Source: a virus. Taken from it: 64,000 bases of DNA. The stretch spans positions 17,412 through 81,411 of the IMG/VR virus record IMGVR_UViG_3300025816_000009; one strand, written 5' to 3'. Each line of letters begins with the position of its first letter. Within the stretch, counting starts at the first letter, position 1. A program made the translations under genes and the position numbers. This document shows, in pieces, positions 9,878 to 20,785 of this stretch. Below the pieces are notes generated by a model. The model worked only from the letters and a program-made list of their open reading frames with translations. It was not told the DNA's origin and ran no database searches.

Positions 9878-11230
9878 TTATATCACCCTTGACATTCCGC
9901 CTAGCGGATGTATTTCAATTGCAGTCTTCAATATCTGCTTTTCTAATTGGTCAGTTAGAACATCCCAATTGAAGTTCTTCTCGGCAAACTTTCTCGCGTT
10001 CTCTCCGAACTCTTTTCTTTCTTCATCTTGTTCGTAAGCCGTTCGCATTTTCCAAGCGAGGTCTTCAATATCGACTAATGTCATATTGACTCCCCATTGA
10101 GGTCCTGTAATGTGAGTAGAGGACTTAGCAATCCAACCGCGTCGTTGAGGTCCGTAGCCGACAAGTTCCGGACCTGTTGAGTTATCGGGAAGAATGATTG
10201 GCTTTCCGCAGGCCATGGCTTCTGCTGATGGAATACCAAAACCTTCTCCGCCTGTAGCCATGATATGAACATCACATGATTGGAACAATCTCGCCATCTC
10301 TTCTGTTGTCAATCCCGAAAGTGGATTCGAACTTGTATCAGAGAAAGCGACGTAATCGCCTAAGTCGTATTGAGCGATAAGAGCCGGAAGATTCCAACCG
10401 CCCATTCCGAACGTGTCTGTCGGGTCGCCACAGTGTAGAACCAAGCCGACACTTTCGGGAACATCGGGATTGTAATGAATGAATTGTGAAAATGCTTCTA
10501 ACAACCGGGGTATTTGCTTCCGATTTGTATTTCTTGCCACACTCATAAACACGAAATCCCACTTAATTCCCATCTTCTCTTTTAGTTCCGCTTTTTCCTC
10601 GTCGGTGATTGGTTTGAAAATATCAAGTTCGACACCGTGATACAAAACCGGCGTATCTTCTGTAAGATAACGGTCGAGGATTCCATCTCTGTTTTCAACC
10701 GGCCTTGTTCCTTCGGATGAATAATCTTTTACAAACTCGGTGAAAGTTCTTTTTCCAAACTTGCTCATCCACATCGGCGTGTGAACCATTTTCAGAATAT
10801 CCTTCCAAGCCGGAGATATTGGAAATCCGTCTATTGGAAGATAAGCAATATAAGGGATTGACATTTTGTTTGTTGACATTACCGCATGACCAATATACCA
10901 AGGGTCAATTAAAGAAATGTAAATATCAATATCAAGTTTCTTTATTGTAGCCTCGAGAACTGTTGGGCTATTCGGTCCGCCCAAGTTTTCAGACCCATAC
11001 CCGGAGATACCGGCGTGAACCATAGTCCATCCTTCGGGGTGAAGAAAATCCTCGCCGTTGTAATCCCAACCCATAACGAAAACTTCGTGGCCTTTGGCTA
11101 CTAATCTCTTAATCAAGTTTCGACTTACGATTCCATATCCCGTTGGTCTTGTAGGTTGCTCGCTTCCCCATAGGATTCTCACCATGTCTTTCGGTTGAAA
11201 CCCACTACTATAACAGTTATGATTCATCAA
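9878..11230 (-). CDS. GT-B (GT4-like) glycosyltransferase
   Basis: PTGYG, RNTNRKQ, GEGFGIPSAEAMACGKPII, FNWD. Confidence 0.9.
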   Translation of the reverse strand: MMNHNCYSSGFQPKDMVRILWGSEQPTRPTGYGIVSRNLIKRLVAKGHEVFVMGWDYNGEDFLHPEGWTMVHAGISGYGSENLGGPNSPTVLEATIKKLDIDIYISLIDPWYIGHAVMSTNKMSIPYIAYLPIDGFPISPAWKDILKMVHTPMWMSKFGKRTFTEFVKDYSSEGTRPVENRDGILDRYLTEDTPVLYHGVELDIFKPITDEEKAELKEKMGIKWDFVFMSVARNTNRKQIPRLLEAFSQFIHYNPDVPESVGLVLHCGDPTDTFGMGGWNLPALIAQYDLGDYVAFSDTSSNPLSGLTTEEMARLFQSCDVHIMATGGEGFGIPSAEAMACGKPIILPDNSTGPELVGYGPQRRGWIAKSSTHITGPQWGVNMTLVDIEDLAWKMRTAYEQDEERKEFGENARKFAEKNFNWDVLTDQLEKQILKTAIEIHPLGGMSRVI

Positions 11231-11777
11231 TGGAAGGGCCGGGCATATTTTGTTTGTCTTTCAATTCCGCCTTTCTTTTTTCTCGGACTCTTTGTCTTTT
11301 TTTCTTTTGAGACTTGCGTCGAGATTTGATTGCGTTTACTCGGAGCGGGTCATCAATGGTATCGAGGTCAATAGTCTGTTTTCCCCCAACGTGTTCCGGA
11401 CCCTTGCCGACAAGTTTCTGTTCGTAGTGATGAATCCGATGACAATTTGAACAGAGGATGTCGCACTTCGCCATCTCTTCTTCGATTCTTTTTCTTGAAT
11501 ATCCATTACTTACCAAGTGCGAAACGCCGGCAGTTTTAGTTCCGGCAACACGATGATGATATTCTAAAAGCCAAGGACAAGTTTCGCCGCTCAATCCACA
11601 TTCCGAACAATTTGATTCTCTTCTGATTTCATCATACCAACGTCGAATATTCTTACGACGCAACGCAACTTCTGTCTTGCGTTTCTTTGCGTTATTTGCA
11701 TAATAGACCTTCTGATAACGGCGATTGTACGCCCTTCGCTTATCAGCGTCCTTGTACGGCACGATTGATTCGAGCAA
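11217..11777 (-). CDS. HNH endonuclease-like protein
   Basis: CSECG...LEYHH...EEMAKCDILCSNCHRIHH. Confidence 0.8.
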   Translation of the reverse strand: MLESIVPYKDADKRRAYNRRYQKVYYANNAKKRKTEVALRRKNIRRWYDEIRRESNCSECGLSGETCPWLLEYHHRVAGTKTAGVSHLVSNGYSRKRIEEEMAKCDILCSNCHRIHHYEQKLVGKGPEHVGGKQTIDLDTIDDPLRVNAIKSRRKSQKKKRQRVREKRKAELKDKQNMPGPSIDES

Positions 11778-11796
11778 GTTTGAGGTTATTTAGTGA

Positions 11797-11899
11797 GGTT
11801 GTAGAAGCCGGGGGAACGATTGCGGGTATTACAGGAGAGGACTTTCGTCTTACACACACACCGTCTTCTGTCTTCTTACCCCGGATTTCTTCTACTTCC
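11797..11899 (-). ncRNA. Putative structured RNA R5
   Basis: 5' GTAGAAG-AAAT-CCGGGG pairs with 3' CCCCGG-CTTCTAC; GAC-GAAA-GTC hairpin; starts 30 nt after TATA (11929). Confidence 0.6.
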
Positions 11900-11923
11900 A
11901 ATCTAAGCGAGTGGACTTTCATT

Positions 11924-11975
11924 AATAAAGGTTTTCATTGAGAGGTTAAGACATTGAGATAAGGAAACCTTTATA
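11924..11975. promoter_or_regulatory. Bidirectional class-E cassette
   Basis: AATAAAGGTTTTC-ATTGA-N11-ATTGA-N6-GAAACC-TTTATA. Confidence 0.75.
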
Positions 11976-11998
11976 GGTGGAAACCTCTAGGGTTAAAC

Positions 11999-12295
11999 AT
12001 GGCAAGACAGATGGCGCTTACACAACAAATCAGAAACAGACTACCTACTCTATACTCAACAGATGGAGCGGGAACAGAAGCAATCGGACAAGTACGATAC
12101 TTTTGGGGAAGCAGTGCTTCCTTCGTAGCAACAGAGTTCGACGGAGAAGATACATTCTTCGGATATATCAGCGGTGTTCAAGAAGACGGATGGACTTACA
12201 TGAGCCTTTCAGAAATGTGGTCAACACACGGACGCTTCATGGGTACAGAGAGAGATTACCACTTCACACCAACAGCAATCGCAAACCTACAGTAA
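11999..12295 (+). CDS. DUF2958-like protein
   Basis: LPTLYSTD, RYFW, VATEFDGEDTFFGYI, YMSLSEM, ERDYHF; leaderless ATG 29 nt after TATA. Confidence 0.7.
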   Translation: MARQMALTQQIRNRLPTLYSTDGAGTEAIGQVRYFWGSSASFVATEFDGEDTFFGYISGVQEDGWTYMSLSEMWSTHGRFMGTERDYHFTPTAIANLQ

Positions 12296-12334
12296 GCGAT
12301 TCCCTCATAAACCCCGAATCATCCTCGGAATAGT

Positions 12335-12736
12335 ATGGCGGTTCATGCGTTTACAGGAATCACAGGGCAAATAACAGTTAGTGGAACAATAGTCGGTTTC
12401 GTTTCGGGTGATTTTACAGTAGCAAGAGCGACAGGAAAATACATTACTCTCGGTTCAAACTTGCCGACAGCGAATACACGAGGATTACAATCAGTTAGCG
12501 GTAGTCTGACGAAAGCATGGGGTCTATCAGACGACACTCTATGGGATTGGTTTTACGGAGACACCGAACTTGTAATCGCATTTGACGCAGATGACCCATC
12601 TAGCGGCGGAACTCATACATACACAGTCTCCGGATGTGTTATTACAGATTTAGCAATTGAAGGCTTGGAAGCAGGCGCAGAAGGAGCATTGATGATTAAT
12701 GCGTCTTTCGAAGGACTATCAATCTTGAGAGATTGA
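12335..12736 (+). CDS. Major tail (tube) protein
   Basis: Beta-rich 133 aa directly before chaperone and tape measure genes. Confidence 0.7.
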   Translation: MAVHAFTGITGQITVSGTIVGFVSGDFTVARATGKYITLGSNLPTANTRGLQSVSGSLTKAWGLSDDTLWDWFYGDTELVIAFDADDPSSGGTHTYTVSGCVITDLAIEGLEAGAEGALMINASFEGLSILRD

Positions 12737-12746
12737 GTAAATTAAG

Positions 12747-13094
12747 GTGATTAAGATGACAGGATGGTTAAACTCCGCGCTCGAGAGGGCTTCGAACCCA
12801 ATAACAGTGAATGTAGCCGACTTAGGTTTAGAAGTCGATGAACTACAGGTGAAGACACTTAGCGCCGCCGAGTTTCAAATAATGAAGAAAGACCCTGCCA
12901 TATCAAACATGAACATCGCTGATAGGCAAGAATATATGGGCTTGAAAACTATCTATGAAATGTTAGCAAAATGCGATGACAGTTTGAAATGGTCAGAGTT
13001 TCAAAAATTACCTTTACAATTACTTTCAGAACTAGCGTCGAGAATAACTGAAACCGTCGGAAACTTGGACGGTGAAGGTGTTTTGGGAAACTGA
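12747..13094 (+). CDS. Tail assembly chaperone (gpG-like)
   Basis: Between tube and tape measure genes; ends in slippery G-GGA-AAC-TGA. Confidence 0.75.
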   Translation: MIKMTGWLNSALERASNPITVNVADLGLEVDELQVKTLSAAEFQIMKKDPAISNMNIADRQEYMGLKTIYEMLAKCDDSLKWSEFQKLPLQLLSELASRITETVGNLDGEGVLGN

Positions 13095-13309
13095 AACTTG
13101 ACGCCGAATCAGACGGCGGGCAGTTCCTCTATGGGCTATTGACCGAAATAGGTTGTACGCCTCAACAGTGGAGAGAAATGTCGTCAGAAGATACACTTTG
13201 GTACATATCAGCCCATAGTGAGAAAAACCGTCGCGCAAATGAATCGTCTCGTAAGCAATCGCAGATGGCGAAGGCGAGAAGTAATTTGGCGAAAAGTAGG
13301 AGACGATGA
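13085..13309 (+). CDS. -1 frameshift extension of tail chaperone (gpGT-like)
   Basis: -1 frame open from GGGAAAC (13085-13091) to TGA 13307-13309, overlapping the tape measure ATG. Confidence 0.7.
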   Translation, partial: GKLKLDAESDGGQFLYGLLTEIGCTPQQWREMSSEDTLWYISAHSEKNRRANESSRKQSQMAKARSNLAKSRRR

Positions 13310-15681
13310 ATATGGTTATGGGTGCAGGGAAAACGGCTGTCAATGCAGTTGTCTCCGCTGACGCTTCCGGTTATACAAAAGCCATGAAAGGAGTCGCCGC
13401 GGCAACAGGAACGGCAACTACGGCGGCTAAGGGATTCGGTGGAGCATTAGCCGGATTAGCCATCACCTTCGCAACTTTCTTCGCAGTTTTCAAAGCCATC
13501 GGTTTCGTTGTCAACACAGTCAAACTATTCATTGATTTTGAGGAACAACTTTTCCGCACAAGTGCGATTATGAAACAGTTCACACTTGGAGCAGAAGAAC
13601 AGGCTATCGCCATGGGTAAACTAGAAGACGAAATCCGAAGCGTTGCGGCAGGTTCGAAGTTCACAGCGACAGAAGTCGGCGCTATGGCTGAAACTCTAGC
13701 GCTTGCCGGTTTGTCGCTTGACCAAATGAGAGGTGCGACATCCGATTTAGACACGGAAGCCGGAAATGCTCTGAAAACAATGGTTGACTTCGCGGTTGTT
13801 GCCGGAACAGATGTTGAGACTGCGGCGGGAATTGGTATTGCATCTCTCAAAGCATTCAGACTTGATATTCAAGACCTAGAAAGAGCAACATCAGTATTGG
13901 CAAACACCTTCACTTCTTCTTTCGTGAACCTACAACAATTGGGTGATTCCATGCGTTTCTTCGGTCCTACTGCGGCGGCGGCAGGTGTGAGCATATCAGA
14001 AGCGGCGGCGGCTGTAGGTGCGCTTGGAGACGCGGGATTGCAGGGTTCTATGGCCGGTACGGGTCTTAGGCAGGCAATCAACAAATTAATCGCTCCGACA
14101 GATGATGCGAGAAGAACCATGGAGAGATTAGGATTTGAGTTTACGGTTTTATCACCGGCGGGCTTGGCGGCGAAAGAGGCACTAGGTTCGACAATCAGAA
14201 CCATTGACGATTTAGAAAAAACAATTTCGTCAGCGAACATGGAACTCAAATCTCTGAACAACGAATTAACCGACATGAGTATTGAAGAGGAAAAGAACTC
14301 AATCAACATCGCAAGGATTCGTCAAAGAGCGGCTAGGCAAAACCGAAACTTGACTAAAACCGAAATGGCTACAATCAAAAGATTGGAATCGGCCAATGAA
14401 GATTTAGCACTTGCTCAAAGAGAAGGTGCGTTGGAATCGAGACAAAGAGAAAGAGCGTTAGACAGGTCAACAGATTCGCTTGCAGAGCAGAATGACGCTT
14501 TCAAGATTCTCAAAGATACTGTCGATAGTCAAACCACAGGTGTCGGTAGTTTAGTCGATATGATAGAAGAACTGAATAGTTCCGGCGCTACGACAGCGGA
14601 GATATTGGAAATCTTCGGTGTTCGAGGTGGTGGTTCGATATTGGCTCTCCAAGGAAACGCCGAGGCTCTAAGGTCAATAGCAGAAGCGAATCAATTAGTA
14701 TTCGACGCGACTGATATGAATAACACACTACAAGACCAATTCGTTAGACAGTTAGAAGGCTCAACGGCTTTCGCGCTTGCTGAAACTCGTTCGAAGTTCG
14801 AGGAATTATCTTTGGTTATTGGTGAACCATTTGCTCGCTTGATAACAATGGAAGGTGGGATTAAGCAAACCCTCGATGCGGCAATTGAGAGAGCGTCGGG
14901 AATGGGCGATGAGTTTCAAATGATTGCTGATTCGGTCGAGACTGAATTATTGCCTGCGTTTGCAGAGGCTTTCAAACCCGGCAACGTGGAGAAGTTTGTT
15001 GAAATACTCGGCGCATTAGTTCCGGAAATATTGAAAATAGTTGGGGTCATTGGAAAATTAGCAGAGATAATAGAACCAATACTCGATGGTATTTTAGCAG
15101 TTATGGAGAAGATGGCCGAGTTCAAAGATTTCGTCGGTGATGATAACGAGGATAGAGAAACTAGGTTAGTCGGGAAGGAAGGCGAAACAACATTCGATTC
15201 TGTAAAAGACGTCGGGAAGATGACTGCGGCGGGAGCGGGAGTTGGCGCGTTGGTTGGTGGTCCTGTAGGCGCGTTAGCCGGAGCGGCTGTTGGTTTGGGT
15301 GCGGGTGTTGTTTTTGAAGTCGGGCAAGCAGTTGTTCATCATGGTGGAAATGCTTTAGATAATGAAACAGACATAATGGGAAATCCGGTAGGAATGCCGA
15401 TGGCAATTGGTGGAGTTGTTAACTCTCCAATTACAGCATTGATTGGGGAAGCCGGTCCGGAAGCAGTTATTCCGCTCGATAGGCTTCCGGAAATGGTAAG
15501 TCAAATTAATTCCACAAGTTCGACCTCAAATACCGAGCAGGTGATTAACCTCACTTTCGACTCAATCAATATCGGGGCGGGAAACAACGTCTCGGCGGGA
15601 GATATAAGGCAGATTATTGAAAATGAAATGCCTAAGATTATACGCAGTTCATTAACAAGAGGCGTTCGGGGGGTGTTGTGA
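13306..15681 (+). CDS. Tape measure protein (TP901-like core)
   Basis: SKFTATEVG, GLQGSMAGTGLR, MAIGGVV...LIGEAGPEAVIPL. Confidence 0.92.
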   Translation: MNMVMGAGKTAVNAVVSADASGYTKAMKGVAAATGTATTAAKGFGGALAGLAITFATFFAVFKAIGFVVNTVKLFIDFEEQLFRTSAIMKQFTLGAEEQAIAMGKLEDEIRSVAAGSKFTATEVGAMAETLALAGLSLDQMRGATSDLDTEAGNALKTMVDFAVVAGTDVETAAGIGIASLKAFRLDIQDLERATSVLANTFTSSFVNLQQLGDSMRFFGPTAAAAGVSISEAAAAVGALGDAGLQGSMAGTGLRQAINKLIAPTDDARRTMERLGFEFTVLSPAGLAAKEALGSTIRTIDDLEKTISSANMELKSLNNELTDMSIEEEKNSINIARIRQRAARQNRNLTKTEMATIKRLESANEDLALAQREGALESRQRERALDRSTDSLAEQNDAFKILKDTVDSQTTGVGSLVDMIEELNSSGATTAEILEIFGVRGGGSILALQGNAEALRSIAEANQLVFDATDMNNTLQDQFVRQLEGSTAFALAETRSKFEELSLVIGEPFARLITMEGGIKQTLDAAIERASGMGDEFQMIADSVETELLPAFAEAFKPGNVEKFVEILGALVPEILKIVGVIGKLAEIIEPILDGILAVMEKMAEFKDFVGDDNEDRETRLVGKEGETTFDSVKDVGKMTAAGAGVGALVGGPVGALAGAAVGLGAGVVFEVGQAVVHHGGNALDNETDIMGNPVGMPMAIGGVVNSPITALIGEAGPEAVIPLDRLPEMVSQINSTSSTSNTEQVINLTFDSINIGAGNNVSAGDIRQIIENEMPKIIRSSLTRGVRGVL

Positions 15682-15682
15682 G

Positions 15683-18600
15683 ATGGCAAAGTTTACTCAA
15701 AATATAACGAAGCCATTTTCGCGCTTGAAGAATGGTTTGGTTGAACTTCAAAGATGGTGGCCGGCTTATGTCAAGAATGACGGCGTTGGCGGATTGACTG
15801 TTGACCCTGTTTTGTATCACACCAACTTCGGACATCTCACAAATGCCGATGAAGGCTCACTGAACAGCGAGAATGATACGCCGGGGGTAAGAGTCGAGGC
15901 AATCAAAGACGACGGCACAGCGGCCGCTAATAACGACGGAAGCAATACAACATTCACAATCACTATCTCCGGCGCGGGAACTTTCAGTCCCATGTGCGTA
16001 GTCAGCCAAGCCGGAATTGAAACGAAGTTTATGCTCATCGCTCCATCTCCGGACACTCAAGCAAATGCAGAATCGGTTTACGGCGAGAGCGTTTCATCTA
16101 CCGATAGAGGATTCGGTGGCGGAACTACTTGGCTACTTAGTCAAGGTCCTTATCCTGTTTTCATGACAGTACAGGAGTTCGCAGAGATGCTTGATACATA
16201 CAGGCATATTGGTTCAAATGACGGACATAAGAAAGCATTCCTTCCTCATGCGATGCTCGGTGGCGGTGCTTTAGGTCTAGGAGCGTCCACAGCGCTTCCG
16301 CAGATACAGAATGACCCTAGAGTCTCATCAAGCACTAATTGGCCTGCTGACGGCTCAACAGCGTCAATAACACAATCTCTGATTCGAGCAACGGTCTTCA
16401 TGCCTTTGATGTTAGACAATAATCAATTTGATAAGAGAATAACCAATGCTAGTATTGACCATTCGACACCGAGAGACTACGGAACGACGACCAACCCCGA
16501 GTTTGTCGGTTATCTGACAGCAGATGGAACGGGAATAACAAGATATGATTCTGACCCTCAAGGTGAAGATTCGGCTACAATTAGATACAAAGATTTAGGA
16601 TATTCCGGCGACCACTTACAAGGAAAAGTGGGCGGGTGGTCATACTTTGAAATAAACAAAACACACAACAGCGGTACTCCGGTAAAAGGCGGAATGTCAA
16701 ATCCCGATATTACAGCAGATTCCGGTCCATCATTAGCGCCAAAATATAGAATGAGAATGGCGCTTGCCTGCTTTTTGAAAAATGGAACTTATGATATTAC
16801 AGACGGAAATATAATTCCTTACATTTACGACGCTGATAGAACAATCGGCGGAAAAAATACAATGACACTTTATCAAGTTTGGAACGGTAAAGATGGAAAA
16901 GGCGAAACAGGAAATACTCCGCAACATGATTGCGACGCGCAGATTTACCCGATGTTCGATTTCGTTCAAGGTCCTGTTTCACCGGCGGCTCAAGGTTCGA
17001 ACGCTCACAACAGCGCTTTGGCCGAAGCAAGGTCGTGGCCGAACTTGGTAGCACTAGACACGAATAAATCATTGACTGAAAAAATTAATCCAAAGTTCCA
17101 AATTGTCAGACCGAATCCTCGAAGGCATAGATTGTTCGGAGTTAAATTAACGACAGCCGGTGTCATGGAACTTTTCATTGAAGGAAGTGGAGTCGCAAGT
17201 TATTTTGATTTCCAATGCCGAGAAGGAATGCCGATTTACATCACAGGAATGACAGGGGTCTTGGGAACAGGTTCTCCCAATCCGGATTTCAGACTTGATG
17301 GTTATCAAGATGATGCGGCATCCTCGACAACAATTAATGCAACTAAAACGACAGGTGGTTGGAATATGAACGGTTGGTGGATTACAGCGGGTTTTAGTGC
17401 CGGGTTCGATGAAATCAGCACGAATACATATGATGAAATATTTGGCGATGGTGATTCTACCGCGGTCAAGTTTCAAATCGTTAGAATCAAAACTTTGGTA
17501 AACATTAGACCAACGTCTGAACATTTCTATAGAATAGGTTCAGCGGCTTCTCCATCAACAGCATACGTTTGTCAAGGAAGAAAACCGGGTTATATGGACC
17601 TAGTATTGAAGTTAGGCTCAACCACTAATCCTTACGGAATTGCGCCGATGAGTGTAGGCACGTCCATGGGTTCTCCCGGAAATACACAAGTTAGATTCGG
17701 CGGCGTTGGTTCTCATGGAAGTGGATTTAGTTCTGATACCAATGTTCCCCAATCTGAAAACGATACATATCCTTGTAGGCCAACCGTGAGAAATGCTCAA
17801 TACCCCGACTCAAGCGGACATTTTAACAACGATAATAATTACATTGTTAGAGCGATTAGTCCTCGCAAAGATGGAGACGACACTTTCTCAATGTCTCCGA
17901 CAGTATCTTCCTTTGGTGGTGGTTCTCTAAGAGTTCCGCCGCCTGTTGGTTGGGACTTACCACAGGCTTACTTTTCTTGGCCTATATACCAAACAGGACC
18001 GGCGGGAACTACAGTTCCGGGTAGTGAGACGGCTTCAAGAACGTCTCGTCTTTGGTTGAATGACACGACAGGCGCTTATCCGGTGAGAAACGTAAATGTT
18101 GATTATGGTAGTTTTTCCAAATGGGGTCATCGTGGATTATCAATTGCTATGTTGTCTTACATGGATTCGACTACGGGTCGCCACGCTTGGGATTACATAA
18201 AACCCGTTTCAACTTCGGGAAGTTGGTTATACGGAAGAAACAGACCTTGGCCGGCTCACGAAAGATGCGGAACAAGATTTGGTTATGGACCTTCATTATT
18301 AGAAACCGCCAAAGTCGTAAATACAAATGGGATTTCATACGATGGTTGGCAAGACTACAACGCAAATGGCGGCAATAGAATTGAGGCAGGCGAAGAGACT
18401 ACGAAGATAGGCGTCTCTGAAATCGGTTGTTCTCCTGTATGGTTAGACATGGAGATGAGAGCATTCGTCCCGGTCAGTGAAAACAGAATGACACTCATTG
18501 AGTTCGATAACGGTATTTCATATCCTGTACTCGGAAGACATTCTATGATTACAGGCGGAATAACAAACGACGCTCAATTCGGACTTGGGTTCTATCCAAA

Positions 18601-20533
18601 ATCATCAAACGGTTCAAAACAACAATTCAACGCTTCGACTGCCCCCGAAAGTCAATTGCTTGGAGCATTACAGAACTCATCCGTGGCAACTTCCGGCGTT
18701 GATACAAGAAGACCGACATTCACGCTTGGTCGTCCGGCTGTATATATTTGGGGAACTTCTCCATATTTCTCAAATGCTGATTGGTCGAATACCGATACTT
18801 GGCCGTTCAGTACAAATAAACTTGGTTGGGGTGGTTTAGGAAGTGATGTTGGTTATGGAACAGGAACAGCATTAGCAGAGGGAACTCAAACAATTAGAAC
18901 TGTATTCACCGAAGGCGGAATGGAATTACTTTTGAATGGTAATAGCAAAGGTGTTGACACGAACTCGGGTCAGCACATTTGGGGAATGACAATCAAAGCC
19001 TGCGATGTGTTGGCGGCTAACGGAAGTATCAACACACCGACGGTAATTAAGAACAGTAAGGACGAACCGATTACAAACTCAAGTCCGAATCTAGCCGTAT
19101 CTTCTAAAGATTTACAGATTGATTATTTGACGCTTAGACAAATCCCATCTCCGGCCATGCTTCCTTTTGATGTTAGTACGACAACACAGTCCGTTGCTAA
19201 CGTAGCAAAATATCGAAGCCTCGACATCACGGCTGAAAACATTAGCACTAGCAGAGGTATGAGGATTCGAGTCAGTCTTTTCGAACCGCCTGCGGCGACA
19301 GGAATCCCGCAGGCAGAACCAACTACGGCAATTACAGGATTCACAGATTTAGACCCGGGATTCATAGCAGGTGTTGGAAGTGTTGACCTTTCAAACTTGC
19401 CTGCGTCAGCAATAACAAATGGTTTCGTCATCAAATATCATTTCTATATTCCTCATTCAAATGAAACTGATTTACATCCGATTAATTGGAATCAGATTCC
19501 TATCATTAGAAATTGGGAAGTTCAGTATGATTTGAAACCGACGGCAAGTTTGGACGTGATTGGAAACTCATTCAGTGGCGACCTATCGAGTCCAATAGGA
19601 ACAGAAGTGGGCCACATAATCTCGTTCAGAGGAACAGGAATTACAACTGACGTTGATAGATTAATTTCTCAAATCAAGTTTGACTTCGGTGATGGTTCTC
19701 AAACAGGTTGGTTAGATTTTTCCGACCAAACTTTACAAACAACTACTTACGATGTTGCTCACGTTTATTCGAAAGCAGGTTCTTTCAACGCGGTTGTATA
19801 TTCAAAAGATGACAACGGAAATGAGTCTGTAGCAAGTTCCGCAATATCTGTAGTCGTAGCAGAAGTGAAACCTGTCGCCCTATTGAGAGCAATACCTTCC
19901 ATGATAAGAGCCGGACAAGCAACAACTTTTGACGCTTCTGAAAGTTATGTTTTGTCAACTGACCAATCGAGAACAATTGCATCTTATACATTTGATTTCG
20001 GAGATGGCAGTTCAACTGTCTCCGGCTCAAGCCCGAATGCCGACCATACTTATGCAACCGCCGGAGAATATATGGCGACAGTCAGCGCGACTGACAACGC
20101 ATCTCCGGCCAATACATCCGTTGTCGCGAAAGTGGTTGTCAAGATATTACCTGCGACTCTTGTAATACCGTTAAATCTCAACACCAAGCCGGCTTCATTT
20201 GACCGAACAAGAAAAGCGAACTATAGTTCCACGCCTGTTCTTGATGCAGTATATCCGGAAATGAGCGACATGGGTTCGAGAAGTGATGAGTTCAAGATGA
20301 CAGGTTCATTCCTCAAGGCGACAGCGAATGCCGATATTGATTTCATGGAAGAGATTCTAGTCAGTGGCTCTTTAGTCGAGTTCGAATATGAAGATACAGA
20401 TTACAGCGGAAGTGCAGTAAACAAAAAGTTCGTAGGAAGATTAACTGATTTCAACTATCAAAGAGAAGGTGGACGCCATGGCGAAACACCGTGGTCGGCT
20501 ACGCTGATGCGTGAAGCCGGACTAGGAAATTAA
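15683..20533 (+). CDS. Large tail protein with two C-terminal PKD domains
   Basis: Follows tape measure gene; FDFGDG...HVYSKAGSF and FDFGDG...HTYATAGEY. Confidence 0.75.
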   Translation: MAKFTQNITKPFSRLKNGLVELQRWWPAYVKNDGVGGLTVDPVLYHTNFGHLTNADEGSLNSENDTPGVRVEAIKDDGTAAANNDGSNTTFTITISGAGTFSPMCVVSQAGIETKFMLIAPSPDTQANAESVYGESVSSTDRGFGGGTTWLLSQGPYPVFMTVQEFAEMLDTYRHIGSNDGHKKAFLPHAMLGGGALGLGASTALPQIQNDPRVSSSTNWPADGSTASITQSLIRATVFMPLMLDNNQFDKRITNASIDHSTPRDYGTTTNPEFVGYLTADGTGITRYDSDPQGEDSATIRYKDLGYSGDHLQGKVGGWSYFEINKTHNSGTPVKGGMSNPDITADSGPSLAPKYRMRMALACFLKNGTYDITDGNIIPYIYDADRTIGGKNTMTLYQVWNGKDGKGETGNTPQHDCDAQIYPMFDFVQGPVSPAAQGSNAHNSALAEARSWPNLVALDTNKSLTEKINPKFQIVRPNPRRHRLFGVKLTTAGVMELFIEGSGVASYFDFQCREGMPIYITGMTGVLGTGSPNPDFRLDGYQDDAASSTTINATKTTGGWNMNGWWITAGFSAGFDEISTNTYDEIFGDGDSTAVKFQIVRIKTLVNIRPTSEHFYRIGSAASPSTAYVCQGRKPGYMDLVLKLGSTTNPYGIAPMSVGTSMGSPGNTQVRFGGVGSHGSGFSSDTNVPQSENDTYPCRPTVRNAQYPDSSGHFNNDNNYIVRAISPRKDGDDTFSMSPTVSSFGGGSLRVPPPVGWDLPQAYFSWPIYQTGPAGTTVPGSETASRTSRLWLNDTTGAYPVRNVNVDYGSFSKWGHRGLSIAMLSYMDSTTGRHAWDYIKPVSTSGSWLYGRNRPWPAHERCGTRFGYGPSLLETAKVVNTNGISYDGWQDYNANGGNRIEAGEETTKIGVSEIGCSPVWLDMEMRAFVPVSENRMTLIEFDNGISYPVLGRHSMITGGITNDAQFGLGFYPKSSNGSKQQFNASTAPESQLLGALQNSSVATSGVDTRRPTFTLGRPAVYIWGTSPYFSNADWSNTDTWPFSTNKLGWGGLGSDVGYGTGTALAEGTQTIRTVFTEGGMELLLNGNSKGVDTNSGQHIWGMTIKACDVLAANGSINTPTVIKNSKDEPITNSSPNLAVSSKDLQIDYLTLRQIPSPAMLPFDVSTTTQSVANVAKYRSLDITAENISTSRGMRIRVSLFEPPAATGIPQAEPTTAITGFTDLDPGFIAGVGSVDLSNLPASAITNGFVIKYHFYIPHSNETDLHPINWNQIPIIRNWEVQYDLKPTASLDVIGNSFSGDLSSPIGTEVGHIISFRGTGITTDVDRLISQIKFDFGDGSQTGWLDFSDQTLQTTTYDVAHVYSKAGSFNAVVYSKDDNGNESVASSAISVVVAEVKPVALLRAIPSMIRAGQATTFDASESYVLSTDQSRTIASYTFDFGDGSSTVSGSSPNADHTYATAGEYMATVSATDNASPANTSVVAKVVVKILPATLVIPLNLNTKPASFDRTRKANYSSTPVLDAVYPEMSDMGSRSDEFKMTGSFLKATANADIDFMEEILVSGSLVEFEYEDTDYSGSAVNKKFVGRLTDFNYQREGGRHGETPWSATLMREAGLGN

Positions 20534-20534
20534 G

Positions 20535-20725
20535 TGTAGGTGGGAGCGACCCATAGAACTCTCGACAGGTAATCAAGGCGGGTCATCGTCCCTTTTCCTC
20601 AACACCAAGCCGCACGACGACCGCATACACTGACGCCTTCGTGGTTCTCCTACTTTGTAAAAGTCCGCGGGGGGTTAGTCGCCGTAGGGTTCGTACCTTT
20701 CGCGGTGTCCGTCGCGTCCTCTTAC
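20535..20725 (-). ncRNA. Putative structured RNA R6
   Basis: Starts GTAAGAGGACGCGAC 30 nt after TATA (20755); 3' GTCGCTCC complementary; ORF-free. Confidence 0.55.
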
Positions 20726-20785
20726 AAACTAATGACAGAGCCTTTTGGTTATAAACCTTTTCATTGAGAGTTTAGTAATATTGAG

